From Schizochytrium sp. TIO01 (lineage: Eukaryota; Protista; Bigyra: Labyrinthulomycetes): 64,000 nucleotides of DNA. The stretch spans positions 2,301,270 to 2,365,269 of the forward strand of contig SMSO01000007.1 in assembly GCA_004764695.1 (NCBI GenBank), in the 5' to 3' direction. Made by a program: the position numbers and the translations under genes. This document shows positions 37,701-47,431 of the stretch, piece after piece; position 1 is the stretch's first letter; each line of letters starts with the position of its first letter. The notes beneath the pieces are model-generated. The model saw nothing but the letters and a program-made list of their open reading frames with translations, made no database searches and had not been told where the DNA came from.

Positions 37701-38065
37701 TGGTTTCTGAATATCATGAGGATGCAAAGATCAACTCACGCAAACAGCAGACTGCGTTTCCACCCAACTTCGTACATTCCATTGACTCAACCCACATGCT
37801 CATGACAGCTCGATCTTGCGCAGAAAAGGGTATTTCTTTCACTGCAGTTCATGACTCTTACTGGACTCATCCTGGTGATGTAGAGGCAATGAATGTACAG
37901 CTCCGCGAGGAATTTGTTAAACTACACTCTCAAGAACTTCTTGAGGACCTTTACCAACAATTTCTGCTTCGCTATCCCCAACGAGCCCACCTCATTCCTC
38001 CTCCCCCGAAGGGCGGAGATTTAGACATCTCCGAGGTAATGAACTCCAAGTACTTTTTCAACTAA
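34721..38065 (+). CDS. RPOT: Mitochondrial single-subunit (T7-like) DNA-directed RNA polymerase
   Basis: Motifs 'LDFRGRAYP', 'HQDGSCNGLQHY', 'RKVVKQTVMTSVYG', 'FPPNFVHSIDS' and 'VHDSYWTH'; the protein ends in YFFN. An Arg/Ser-rich presequence starts at ATG 34721. Confidence 0.97.
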   Translation: MIRSSRSAASRWRGLLRPRTSVVYGSLRSSDGALCADLACFRTLGGSNGALENTSFAARAVATETSSAHPKETSSSSASASDSDSASASPASPASTTAHNNSIIDKNNTNSSDLSSGISSPQFTSNEVHITSSATADVTNGNLNASPVKSYPDLSDFAPDMSLRRARLPGGIEAKGAMLEVLHPGSPSPMQAVRREDDTIARLRGPYLQELVKLQQRVERERRVEGAMITRSSLLTTRSSSIAEASEEPLKDRPSPGKIYIDPMTKLATYGKNQEEAEAFSTNITEHSLKSMNEHFLAWFKSLSDEITREQERMRSGVSSVKTNFRNRSLAMLMLLPADLLAILAIQEMMHFVNAQPQGATFVNLTMRMGRAVMNEINVIKGSGEVDSWAELQQRVDHDEGKLDVLNEYMYSMVRQPSWDTATTAQVGAVLIDMLCRCAFLQMTTDSRMRPDGTMSSVNRIPAFYHTSAVQAAKSVGVVVAHHAILAKLLQSQDINDFLSVNQPLTRPMACPPRPWTTPFDGGFLTQRFPLLRVVRGGKEQLKLLRMADSKSCEGLYAGLNALGNVAWTVNKPLFEVAKKVLEMDITFTGRPSVQDDRYVEMEHAIQSAELEYNLQVKQQQTVSDRRTIFARLQKLKRTKQEYMSKNMDYKSKLSLAQFVSDFEQFWFPYSLDFRGRAYPIPPVSHMGDDLARSLLVFKDRRPLGKRGMYWLKVHLANQMGQDKASFDERVAWVDEHLDELLDSAAEPFDPVDPKHTPKMWATAENCWQALATCMELKRAVDSGNPEEYLSNMPVHQDGSCNGLQHYAALGRDRKGGEEVNLVARSRPGDVYTTVAKTVRKNIMEMSKADDAQGKICKKLNGQISRKVVKQTVMTSVYGVTYIGARDQILRQLETVNDRNKEMRFNGDEGYGEIFETDDELNEAAGLLAKVVLDAIGDTFQSARDVKEWFKKLGKVATDAGDPISWITPLGLPVVQPYRVKHKSQIRTVMQQVVVSEYHEDAKINSRKQQTAFPPNFVHSIDSTHMLMTARSCAEKGISFTAVHDSYWTHPGDVEAMNVQLREEFVKLHSQELLEDLYQQFLLRYPQRAHLIPPPPKGGDLDISEVMNSKYFFN

Positions 38066-38814
38066 AGCAGTAATACAGCATCTTTGCTGTATGTGCCTGA
38101 CGAGCAGACTATTAAGCAACACATTTGATGGGTGCTAGTTGATTCATTCGTCTGTGCATAGCAGTTTCAAGGAAATATTCTTACACACATCACACGCATA
38201 CGCAACGACCCATGGCTATGGCGGATAAAACTAAAAACTCCCTCATGCCCCATTATAAACTTTTATCAACACAACAAACTATATTAACGCTCTTTTACAA
38301 CATTTTCTTCGTTAAGTGCATTTTGTATATCTGATACTTTTCGCTAACAAATCGAACCATTCTACATTGCACCTAACTTTTTTTTTGGGCTATCAAAACA
38401 CACCAATTCTATATTGCACCTAAGTTTTCAATTCCAATATTCACATTAAAATATAGCTATTGCCAAAACTTGACTAGAAGGGATTATCATATTCCTTCTA
38501 CTCTGCCCATGAGCAAAAAAAATTAATGTGCATTACGCAATAAGCTGCTTGAGGTATTTGGAACAAATAAGAATAATACTGTCGGGATACTCACACTCAT
38601 TCTAGCTGGGTTTTTTAATCGCTTGACTTTTTAGGTACTACCTCGGGATCCTGCGGAAGCCAACAAACCGCGCGCTATCGCATAAATAATGAATAACCTA
38701 CACATTGGTTTTTAATGTATGCTTTTAGCATAGATTTCAACAAATACACAATTTAAATTCGAAAGGAATACTTCTGGCTAGGTTTATTATACATTGTCTC
38801 GGAGAATCATCTAG

Positions 38815-39320
38815 CTCGTTTTAGGCTACATATTGTAAACTATTTCCTCAAGATGCGCTTGAGAAAATCTGTTGATTCTTCTTCTACCTACACCCTATGT
38901 GCTGATAGCTACAAAGCGTCAAAAAAGTGTCTATGATAAATGAAGAATTCATTCCAATTTAAGAAGAAAGCTCAGCATTATTTGAAGTACAGAAGGAAAA
39001 ACGAAAAGAAATCCAAAAGTCCCGAGAAAGTGACAAAAGGCCCATTACTCTTTATAATCCAACCGTTAGGTGACATTCCATTGTTTTGAGTAATGCAGAA
39101 TTGAATTATTGTGAGACTTTCTGTCATGGGAGATACCACTTAACACGTATAGGAGATTTCGAAATTTTATGTACAAGAATTAAAGCTTCGATCAAGAAGC
39201 GCACCCTCTCTATGAGAGATTTTCGATCAGAGAAAATGCCTCAGCAGATTCTTTGAGCTAGTGTTCTGTATGCATTTGTATTGCTTTCCTGACCAAATTG
39301 CGATTATGGAATGAACCTGT
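38815..39320 (+). mobile_element. Possible decayed hAT transposase fragment
   Basis: Ordered remnants 'LHIVNYFLK' (~AHxLNLxxKD), 'LFEVQ...ITLYNPTVR*HS' (~PxxTRWxS, with TGG>TGA at 39071) and 'FFELV...IAIME'. Frameshifted. Confidence 0.35.
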
Positions 39321-40014
39321 TCTTTAAGTTAGTTATTCGAGGTAGGTAGTAAAGAAGAAGTTGTTGAAACATCCCTAGTTCTTCAATATCTACATTCTCA
39401 AATTTCTAAGTTATCTCATGTGCACGAGAAAGAGAAACTGAAAAGTATCTAGCAAGTCAAGGTATTACTTTTATTTTGCTCTACTTTTTCCAAGTCGGGC
39501 TCTTGAACTGTTGAAGACAAAACCCGAAAAATTAAAGCATACTAGGCATCGTGCCTGACTAGACAAAGGCTGAGCATTCCAAAACAACAACAAAAAAAAA
39601 AGAGAAGAGTATGATGGTTACTTATGGAGAGGTACTTGGAAGATAACAAACGATGTGGTCTCGACTTGAGAGAGTGGCATACTGATTTGCAAGCAAGCAC
39701 GAAGTAGAACAGACGGCCGAGAGCAATCCACGTCAATTTGTTGCCTTTGTTGATGTTGTGTGTTTTTATTTGGCTGGTTTTGTGCGCTACTGAACTGCTG
39801 CCCAGGCTATGAATTTTGGGATGTTAATGGTGTTGTTATCAATGTTTCTGATCACCAGCATCATCATTAACAGCACTATCATCAAAACCACTAGCACCAG
39901 CACCATTGTTCTCAACACTAAATATACTACTGATCACAATGTTAATGGTGGAGATGGTTCACATGGGCAGTGAGTTAGGGAGTAGTTTCTTCAAAGATTG
40001 ACGTGACAATTTAC

Positions 40015-40356
40015 TCATTCCTCGTCGGATGACTCCTCAAGACCGTACTGGAGAGCGTAGTCCTTCTTCTCTTGCTTGAGTTTGTTCTCCACGTACGCGT
40101 GGTGACCCTTGACACCCTCTTCGGCGTCCGTCACCGCGAAAAGAAGGCAAGGCACCATGATGCCCCAGAGAAGCAGCGCAGGGGTGTTGCCAGCAGTCAC
40201 CTGGAAGCGCTTGTGGTTATCAGCACGGTAGCCATCCCAAGCCTCGACGTGGGCGTTCTTGCGGAGGCCGCGTGTCTGCTGCTTCATCTGCGTGAGGCCT
40301 GCGCGGCGGGAGGAGGCCCGGGCGGCGGTGAGAGCGACAGTGGTGAGGCCGGCCAT
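40015..40356 (-). CDS. Mitochondrial complex I accessory subunit, NDUFB4/B15-like
   Basis: 'KNAHVEAWDGYRADNHKRFQVTAGNTPALLLWGIMVP' matches the plant-type B15 pattern KNxxxExWxxxRExxxxxFxxT plus one TM helix. Strong codon bias. Confidence 0.72.
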   Translation of the reverse strand: MAGLTTVALTAARASSRRAGLTQMKQQTRGLRKNAHVEAWDGYRADNHKRFQVTAGNTPALLLWGIMVPCLLFAVTDAEEGVKGHHAYVENKLKQEKKDYALQYGLEESSDEE

Positions 40357-40630
40357 CTTTGTTGGATTGATAGAGGGTTGAGAGAGAGCGAAAGAGAAGG
40401 CAACCAGCGGGCTTTAAGTCTAAGAGAGAAGACTGAGTCTCACAGGTCCAGCACAAGCGAGGCGACCAGGAGCAGCTTCTGTTCAAGCAATGCGAACGAA
40501 GACGATGAGGGGTGATGAATGATAACGAGGCCTAAGCAGCAATTCATTAATCAGCTCCTTCTCCTTCTTTTGTCCTCTTTCAGTCTATCTACCTACACTC
40601 CTATGGGTCTCTATCTCATCGACTAAGGTC

Positions 40631-40690
40631 TTCTCTCCCTTTCTCTCTCTTTCTCTCTCTTTCTCTCTCTTTCTCTCTCTTTCTCTCTTT
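40631..40690. repeat. Pyrimidine repeat (TTCTCTCTCT)n
   Basis: About six 10-bp units visible. Confidence 0.9.
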
Positions 40691-41289
40691 CTGTGCCTAG
40701 GTATGTCTAGCCATTACTATGCCTACTTCTAGGTATTATCTCTATCTGCATGCGTCTATCTGCCTGCCCTTTGATCTCTAGACTAATATGTTCTGACTGC
40801 TACTAATATCAGCGTAAAGACTGTACTACCATTGCTATTAGGTAGTATATAGTTATTACTGGTAGACACACTAGTGTTGCGATATAAGTGCCTAAGAACC
40901 TCTTAGAATTATAGTTACTACTCTAGAACAGACCTTTAAAATTAGAACAGTGAGGATCAGTAGTAGTTCTTCAGGCTGACTAGATGAGTACCTTTTTAAA
41001 GTGAGCAGCAGCTAGAAGGGGGGCATCTAAGAATATTATAGAGAACAAGAGCCACTAAAAAACTATAGCTACTATTACTAAATGAGTATGAGAACATCTT
41101 ACAGAAAGAACAACTTCCCTTTGGTGGTAGCATAGACCTAAAGACATAGAGTGCTAGCCACGCAGGGCCAGCTGAAGCGAGGGGGGTTAGTTTATACGAG
41201 AGAACAGAAGCAGCTAAAAGGCCTTTAAAAGGGTCTATCATATGACCGGACGCATCGCAACAACCACAATCGACGAGTTGTCTGTCTAT

Positions 41290-41960
41290 CATGTATTTTG
41301 GAGGAGTTATCCCATATAAAGTAGCATTGAAAGTATGCAGGGCATAATGAAGGGTCATTTGCGATTAACTTTGCCTCATTTCAGCCAAAGTATCCCATAA
41401 TACCTCCATTATTCAAGTCATTTGAAGTCTATAAAGGAGCCTATTTTCCTGTCCAGGATGCCCAAAAGTAAAATAAAACTTGCCCACCAAATCCTGCATA
41501 GTACTATGTCCACTGTTTGTGAAAGGTAAGCCTCTACAGCCTCTGCAAAATTCGTATCAAGTTCGGAAAAGGATGCATGGGAGATAAGCTGCGCATTATA
41601 TTTTCATGAAACATACGGTCTCCGTAAACCGCCCTTGCGCATCTCTAGGATCACCAAAGCAATATAGACTCTGGTTTCGAAACTAGGAGCAGTACACTAT
41701 CGCTCTCGACGCTGGCTTCTTTTTAAATTTCAGAGTGGGCTTAGCATTGGATTGATAATTTGTGGATATATCAGGCTAGGTAATAAGACTTCATGCTCTA
41801 GAATCTGAGATAAAGTAATATCTTCTTCAAATAACTCACCTGATAATGCAAACTTGTTCTTCATCGTTGCCTGTAAACCTGCGGCTACAGAACACATACT
41901 ACCACATAGTACTTCAAAATAGATTATCTGTGGTGGATGCAAACTCTGCGGAGCCATGCG
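41290..41960 (-). mobile_element. Possible decayed LTR-retrotransposon integrase
   Basis: Frameshifted remnants 'QLISHA...TNF', 'GHPGQENRL', 'LHYALHTFNATLYGITP' resemble the rve core and its C-terminus. Weak. Confidence 0.3.
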
Positions 41961-44418
41961 TCATTAATTTCTAACCCAAAGGTTAAGAAGCTATGGGCAA
42001 GGTCAGATTTTTAGACTTTGAACTCAGGAAAGTGACGACACTTGCCCCTCTTCACCAAGAGAGCCGCTTAAATCGTTAGAGGGATGTTGAATTGTAGTGG
42101 CTTGCATAATCATCATTTACACATAAGCTACTTCTGTGTGGAAACTAGATCAGTCAGCACACACCCCAAAAGTAGCTCAGCCTGAGGTTCAATTTCTTTG
42201 CAATACGTAAGTTTTTTAGTTTTTATTTCTTTTAATATTTTTTAAAAAGTTTTTTAAGTTTTCAATTCTTATTTTTTATTTTCTAGGGCTGGGCCTATAT
42301 AATTTTCGATTGAAAACGATGATTTTTTTCAAGTTCTTTTTTTAAACTTGAATATCCTAGTAATTCTTCTTTGGAGAAATTTACCTAGTATGCTTTGATG
42401 TTCATGTTGGGGAGAGCTGGTACTACAGGCAGCTTCTTTAAAATGTGTATAGAGAGCAAACTTTTTATTCTGTTTATACTTACAGGAGGGCACCTACCTA
42501 TTCTGAGCAAGAAGGAAACACTAGATCTTTATTTTATAGGAAAGAGGGAAAGCATGTTGAGCCTACAAAGTAAAGTTTGTAAGGCAGGAATGGAGAATGA
42601 TGTTTAATGCATTGCGCAGCGAGAGATACAAGTACGAGTTGGCTGAGTATTGGTCAAGCGATTGGTCAAGCGAATACCAGCATTACAAAGAAGATAGCAA
42701 GGATTTCCTGATGCATCCCTCTTCATCTGGCAAAGCGAAAATAGTGCCGATTTTGTTCTATTTTATTTAATTAGTTAGTTATATAATTCAAGCTGCACCC
42801 ATTGTGACAAAAAAAAAAGGTTTCGGCTTCTGGAAGCGCGCGTGCACAATTTTTTTTTCAAACTTTTTGAAGGCCGCATTGATTTGTAATGCTGGACTAG
42901 TATCGTACTTAGTTGATGGAATTCTAAAAGCACTGAAAACCTTTCGAAAAGTCAACCACCAAGGGCGTAGGCTATGTAGGAAGGGGTATATATGCTTGGA
43001 GCTATCAGAAGATCAAGTCTAGTGAAATCATTGGTTTGGTTTTTGCGTAAGAAACTACTAAATTTTAGAGATACTAGCATCATGCATGATAATCTTCAAG
43101 CTGTCTATTGAGATGCATAGCCATTTTGCATACATCAAAGAAATGCGAATTAGAATTGTAGGTAAAGCATGCATGCTTTAACTTCTAACGGTGTTTACTT
43201 TTTCAGTCTGAAAACTAAATAGCAACAACAAACCAATTCTTCACCCTTATTCTTTATTGTTTTTAAAGTCGTCATGATAGTCCAAATTTTAAGAGGAAGG
43301 TAGGGAGCTAGGTACCTACATACAACCCAGCTTGCCTCTTCCACCCTGAGTGATTACTTTTGGCTTACGTTTTGTTCAAGTTAAATTATTTTTAAAAAGA
43401 TTTTTTTTAATCATTACCACTGGCTGGTGAGAGTGCTCTTTCCTTGGATTACGATGAGTGGTTGTTTTGGCTTGAGATTTACCTAAGCTAAACGATTTTA
43501 ACTTATTACCTCTGTCTAGTGAGAGTGATTGCACTATGGCATGTCAAAGCTAGGTACTAGAACCTACCTGTATTTTATCACTTTTCTATGTTTTTTCTCT
43601 TGTATACTGTGCTAGTAGTATCTAGCAGCACACCCTAATTCCGTATAATGTGATTGATTGATTTTTGCTTGGTTATTACCTCCCTCCCCACGTTCCCTGC
43701 CTCCGTTTCTTTTCCAAGCAGATTATTGCATGGCCACATGTTTGAATAGTAGGTATATTTATGAATATATCTATGAGAAATACTCGGTGCTTTTGACAAT
43801 TTGTTGCCTTCTTCACGAAGTAGGTAGGTCCTCTGAATCTGTGACTTGGCTGCGAGGTTTTTCTCACTCACCTTTGCATCGTTGAATTGTACACACCCAC
43901 CCAGAATACGACATTGGCTAAGGACGCCACTATGGAAATGTATAGCACTGCATCCACAAAGGCTTTAGAGGAGTGCGATGACTTTTCGAAAAAGAATCAA
44001 CGAGACATTATTATTTGGGATAGGTAACATTAGGTCGGGTTAGTGACTTAGGAGAGAAAAAGGTGAAAAGGAAAAAGAATTCAATTGTCAGTCAATGTGT
44101 TGTTTCCGCCTAAAACACTCCACCAAACCCCTTCAACTTATTGTTGTGGCGCAAGCAAAGCATTGGTCCAACTTTGCCCGTCTCAACCTGGCAGCATAGA
44201 CTTGGCTTCCACGCATTGCCATCGCTGCAAGTATCTCTGTTTCGAAGCAGAAACTATTGCTCCGTTCAGGCACAAGTTTGCACAATTGAAAAGTACCAGC
44301 CCAACTCGCATCGCAATCTCGTGTTTCTCTGTTGTAGCATCGCATCTGTCTAAACCAGGGACACGCCTACGTACGCACTTGCTCCTGAGCACGCATACAA
44401 GCAGAACAGTACCCCAAA

Positions 44419-44451
<33 letters not shown>
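44419..44451. repeat. (AGAC)8 microsatellite
   Basis: Directly visible. Confidence 0.95.
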
Positions 44452-44454
<3 letters not shown>

Positions 44455-45113
44455 GCTCAGCCTCTCTACATCACATCCCTCTGAAGTTTGTGTGTCTCTG
44501 TCAGTACGTACTGTCAGAGACAGCAGCTTCCTTGGTAAGTAGTAGGCTTGTATTGTGCGCGTGCAGCAGGCTCTTCATAATACCACTATTCATACATACC
44601 TATTCTCTATACTTGCTATTAGTTCCTACGAGTTACTACCTTCAATACTTCACTCGCTGGCACTTGCATTTAACCTCTCATCCATTCTTTATTTGACAGT
44701 GAATCAGAAAGACACGCGTGGATTGCTTTCACATACAGAGTCGGCCTTCTTTGCCACATAAAAGGCAGAGCGAAACCTTGTTTTCACGCATTTGTCTAAC
44801 TCTTCTGTCAAAGACAATTGGCCAAGCCATTGACAATTGCGTTTGTAGCAGGTAGCCTGCTTGTTTTCTGTTTCTTTGCTTTTTTTAAATCAAATAGCAG
44901 TGGTGTAAGGGTATCAACTCCTGATCTGGCTAAATAAGGATCCAAATCGAGAAAGTTAGGCAGACTGAATAAAATAAGTTGTGGCAATACTACAACAAAT
45001 AAATTTGCAAATACGCATTGTGCACTGCAGAACTTTTGAAACTCTGAAGACTTTCTATTTTTCATTGGTAATCATAACGCTGACGATCTGGAGACATAAT
45101 TTATCTCACGAAA

Positions 45114-46013
45114 ATGTCGTCGTCTTCACCCAGGGGGTCAAGAGCTTCACAAAGCCTTCGCAAGACTCTGGATCTATCAAAAATTTCGGAGGTTATGAGG
45201 AAGCTCGCAGCTGAGGAGAGACGTACGAGCCAACGTCGCAACCGTAGAGACACAACTGACACCTCCATCTCTGCCATGTCAACGATCAATACTCGTCATG
45301 GCCGCTCAGCGTCAATGACAACAGAAGAGGATAGTGTCTTACGTTCCGAGAATTTGAGCAAACAAGGTGGCCGCGTAAAATCTTGGCATCGTCGATTCTT
45401 TATTCTGCATCGAACTGGTGGACTCAAATATTATCGCGATGAGGAGGCTTATGAGTTAAACCCTGGAGATCCGCTTGGACGTATTCTATATACAGATATG
45501 ATGGACTTTCAAGAAATGAATACAGTAGCGCAGAGCATGCCATCCACAGTATACTCTATGATGGGCATGAGGTACATCTTTGCCGTCCATACTGATTCTA
45601 GAACTTTTGTGATTGCCACTCCATCAAAGTCAAGCCAGATGGCATGGATCAAAACCATTAACAGCGCATGGTACAACTTTCAAATGCAATATCACAGGAA
45701 GAACCAGATTCTTGGGAATATATGGAAAGTAGGCGTCAGCGAAGTTATTGACCTTGCACGAGATCTCACGCAAGGTGCTTCTGACCCAGATGAAGTTTTG
45801 GATCAAATGGAAGAAACTATTTGTGAAACTTTTTCTGATCAAGTTGAACAGTGTTTTAATCAGCGCTTGAGAGCAATGATTTTTTATCGATGGAAGGCTG
45901 TGTATTTATACAATAGAAGCCGTAGTCCTGAGCATGCTTTAGATATTACCCCAGCAGAGCGTCATCGGTCGTTCTGGATTAATCCTCAGTTTACTACGTT
46001 TGGTCGTAGATAG
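45114..46013 (+). CDS. PH-domain protein, 299 aa
   Basis: 'LSKQGGRVKSWHRRFFIL...LKYY...PLGRI...RTFVIAT...MAWIKTI' is a canonical PH pattern. Confidence 0.88.
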   Translation: MSSSSPRGSRASQSLRKTLDLSKISEVMRKLAAEERRTSQRRNRRDTTDTSISAMSTINTRHGRSASMTTEEDSVLRSENLSKQGGRVKSWHRRFFILHRTGGLKYYRDEEAYELNPGDPLGRILYTDMMDFQEMNTVAQSMPSTVYSMMGMRYIFAVHTDSRTFVIATPSKSSQMAWIKTINSAWYNFQMQYHRKNQILGNIWKVGVSEVIDLARDLTQGASDPDEVLDQMEETICETFSDQVEQCFNQRLRAMIFYRWKAVYLYNRSRSPEHALDITPAERHRSFWINPQFTTFGRR

Positions 46014-46351
46014 ACTTGCCAGACTAGCTGCAAACAACTTACTATGCTTGTCCATATACGAACTTTTAAACGTAATCTTTTTACAACAGCTTTAGCAGAA
46101 CTCTGGTCGATACTGGTTGAAGACAATGTTTGAAGTCTTGATTTTATTTTTGTTTTTGTTTTTTCTGTATACTTCGTTCTGGTTTCTTGAGGTTTTATAC
46201 TTCCTTATCAACTCGTAGCAAATTCAACAGAAGGTGAAGAGATTCAAGTAATTTGGCAGCTGACTAAATAGGCTTACATGTACGCTTGTTTACTATCCTA
46301 CTACTCAGATATGACTTTTTGTTTTTCAGCATACCTACGTACGGTACTTCT

Positions 46352-47137
46352 GAAAACGTCAAAACTTATATAACCTCCAACTGCTAGTGTCTATTCCATT
46401 CAAATGATATATTACAATTATTTAGGTCTTTGTTAAGGAATGGTGATTAGGTAAGAAAATGGCATGGCCAAGGAACTACCAAGCTCCAAATACTACAAGT
46501 GAAGCAAACCTTCAATACAAGCCAGCAAAGTACTTCAACTAGAAGTTTGGCGTCTCAGCATGGACCCTTCGGGCGCTTCTCCGAAGGCAAGCGCATATAC
46601 GTAAGTAGCAATGTTGAGCTCATCTGCGGCTGCGGTTTGCTCTGGCGGTCGCGAGCAACGTAGCACTGACCGTACTATTTATTATCTACGCCAGAGTGCC
46701 CTCCACGAAGCAAGAGGAGGAATTCAAACCCCTACCTGACGAAGCAAGAGGAGGAATTCAAACCCCAGGTAGGTGATCTCTAGCGTGCCTATCCAAACGT
46801 CTCCGCTGTCTACAAAGATATCAGTAGCGGGATTAACTTCAAGAGGCCGGGTTTGCGCGCCCTCCTGGACGCCTCTGACAGCGGCGGAATCGACCAGAAT
46901 GTGGCCATGCACCGCGGCCGACTTGTGCGAATCGCCGTCGACTTCCTTGTTCGAACGTCCAAGGAGTTCAAATGCTCGAAATTCAAACACACAGCCGATT
47001 GTAATATCCACGCTGGCAGAGACATTCTCTTGTGCTTCCTATCCAAGGACATTATCTATGAAAAATGTCTTTCCGTCGCGGGTTAAAAAACTAAGCCGTA
47101 TTTCCCCACTTTGTCACGATAAGTTCTATAGGTTGAT
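46352..47137 (+). mobile_element. IS607-like / Fanzor2 element, decayed internal-deletion derivative (copy 1)
   Basis: A TnpA remnant is joined to the Fanzor/TnpB C-terminus (FKCSKFKHTADCNIHAGRDILLCFL ~ CxxC..DRDxNAAxNIL). Left and right non-coding ends align with copy 2 at 60960-61620. Boundaries are approximate. Confidence 0.85.
46459..46955 (+). pseudogene. tnpA: IS607-family serine recombinase (TnpA) pseudogene
   Basis: MerR-like HTH 'YKPAKYFN*KFGVSAWTLR...GKRIY', then 'IIYARVPSTKQEEEFKPQVGDL*RAYPNVSAVYKDISSGINFKRPGLRALLDASDSGGIDQNVAMHRGRLVRIAVDFL'. The catalytic Ser is replaced by Pro; there are TAG stops and frameshifts. Confidence 0.88.
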
Positions 47138-47359
47138 TCCTATTGTACTAGTAGTAGAAACTCCTTTCAATAGGCCTAATTCTTATTTTTAGTATTTCGT
47201 TTAAGCTTCTTCTCATTGCGAAAAAAAGAGAGAATCAACACTTTTCGTTTGCTTCTTTTCTTTTTAATTGAAAGTATAAATTATATACAATAGTAACTTT
47301 GATTTAAATTTAAAATTAAATTTTAAAAATTAAAAAAGGGGGGGATGGGGAAAAAAATC

Positions 47360-47431
47360 AATCCACACGGGAGATCGAATCCCGGACCACCCGCGTCGGA
47401 AACGGGCACTCTACCACTGAGCTATGCGGAC
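47360..47431 (-). tRNA. tRNA-like gene, anticodon CCG (nominally Arg); atypical, possibly a pseudogene or SINE head
   Basis: GTCCGCA TA GCTC AGTGGTA GAGT G CCCGT TTCCGAC GCGGG TGGTC CGGGA TTCGATC TCCCG TGTGGAT T folds into a full 72-nt cloverleaf, followed by a T7 run (Pol III terminator). Confidence 0.7.

Noticed and set aside
34721-38065. T7-like RNA polymerase read as a phage or viral insertion
   Set aside because: It has a mitochondrial presequence, host-like composition and no neighbouring viral genes, so it is the normal nucleus-encoded mitochondrial RNA polymerase.
44085-44696. 203-aa ORF
   Set aside because: Non-ATG start, runs through an (AGAC)n repeat, and has no protein-like features.
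46705-46766. 28-bp direct repeats read as a mini-CRISPR array
   Set aside because: Only two copies with a 6-bp spacer, inside a TnpA coding relic, and no cas genes.
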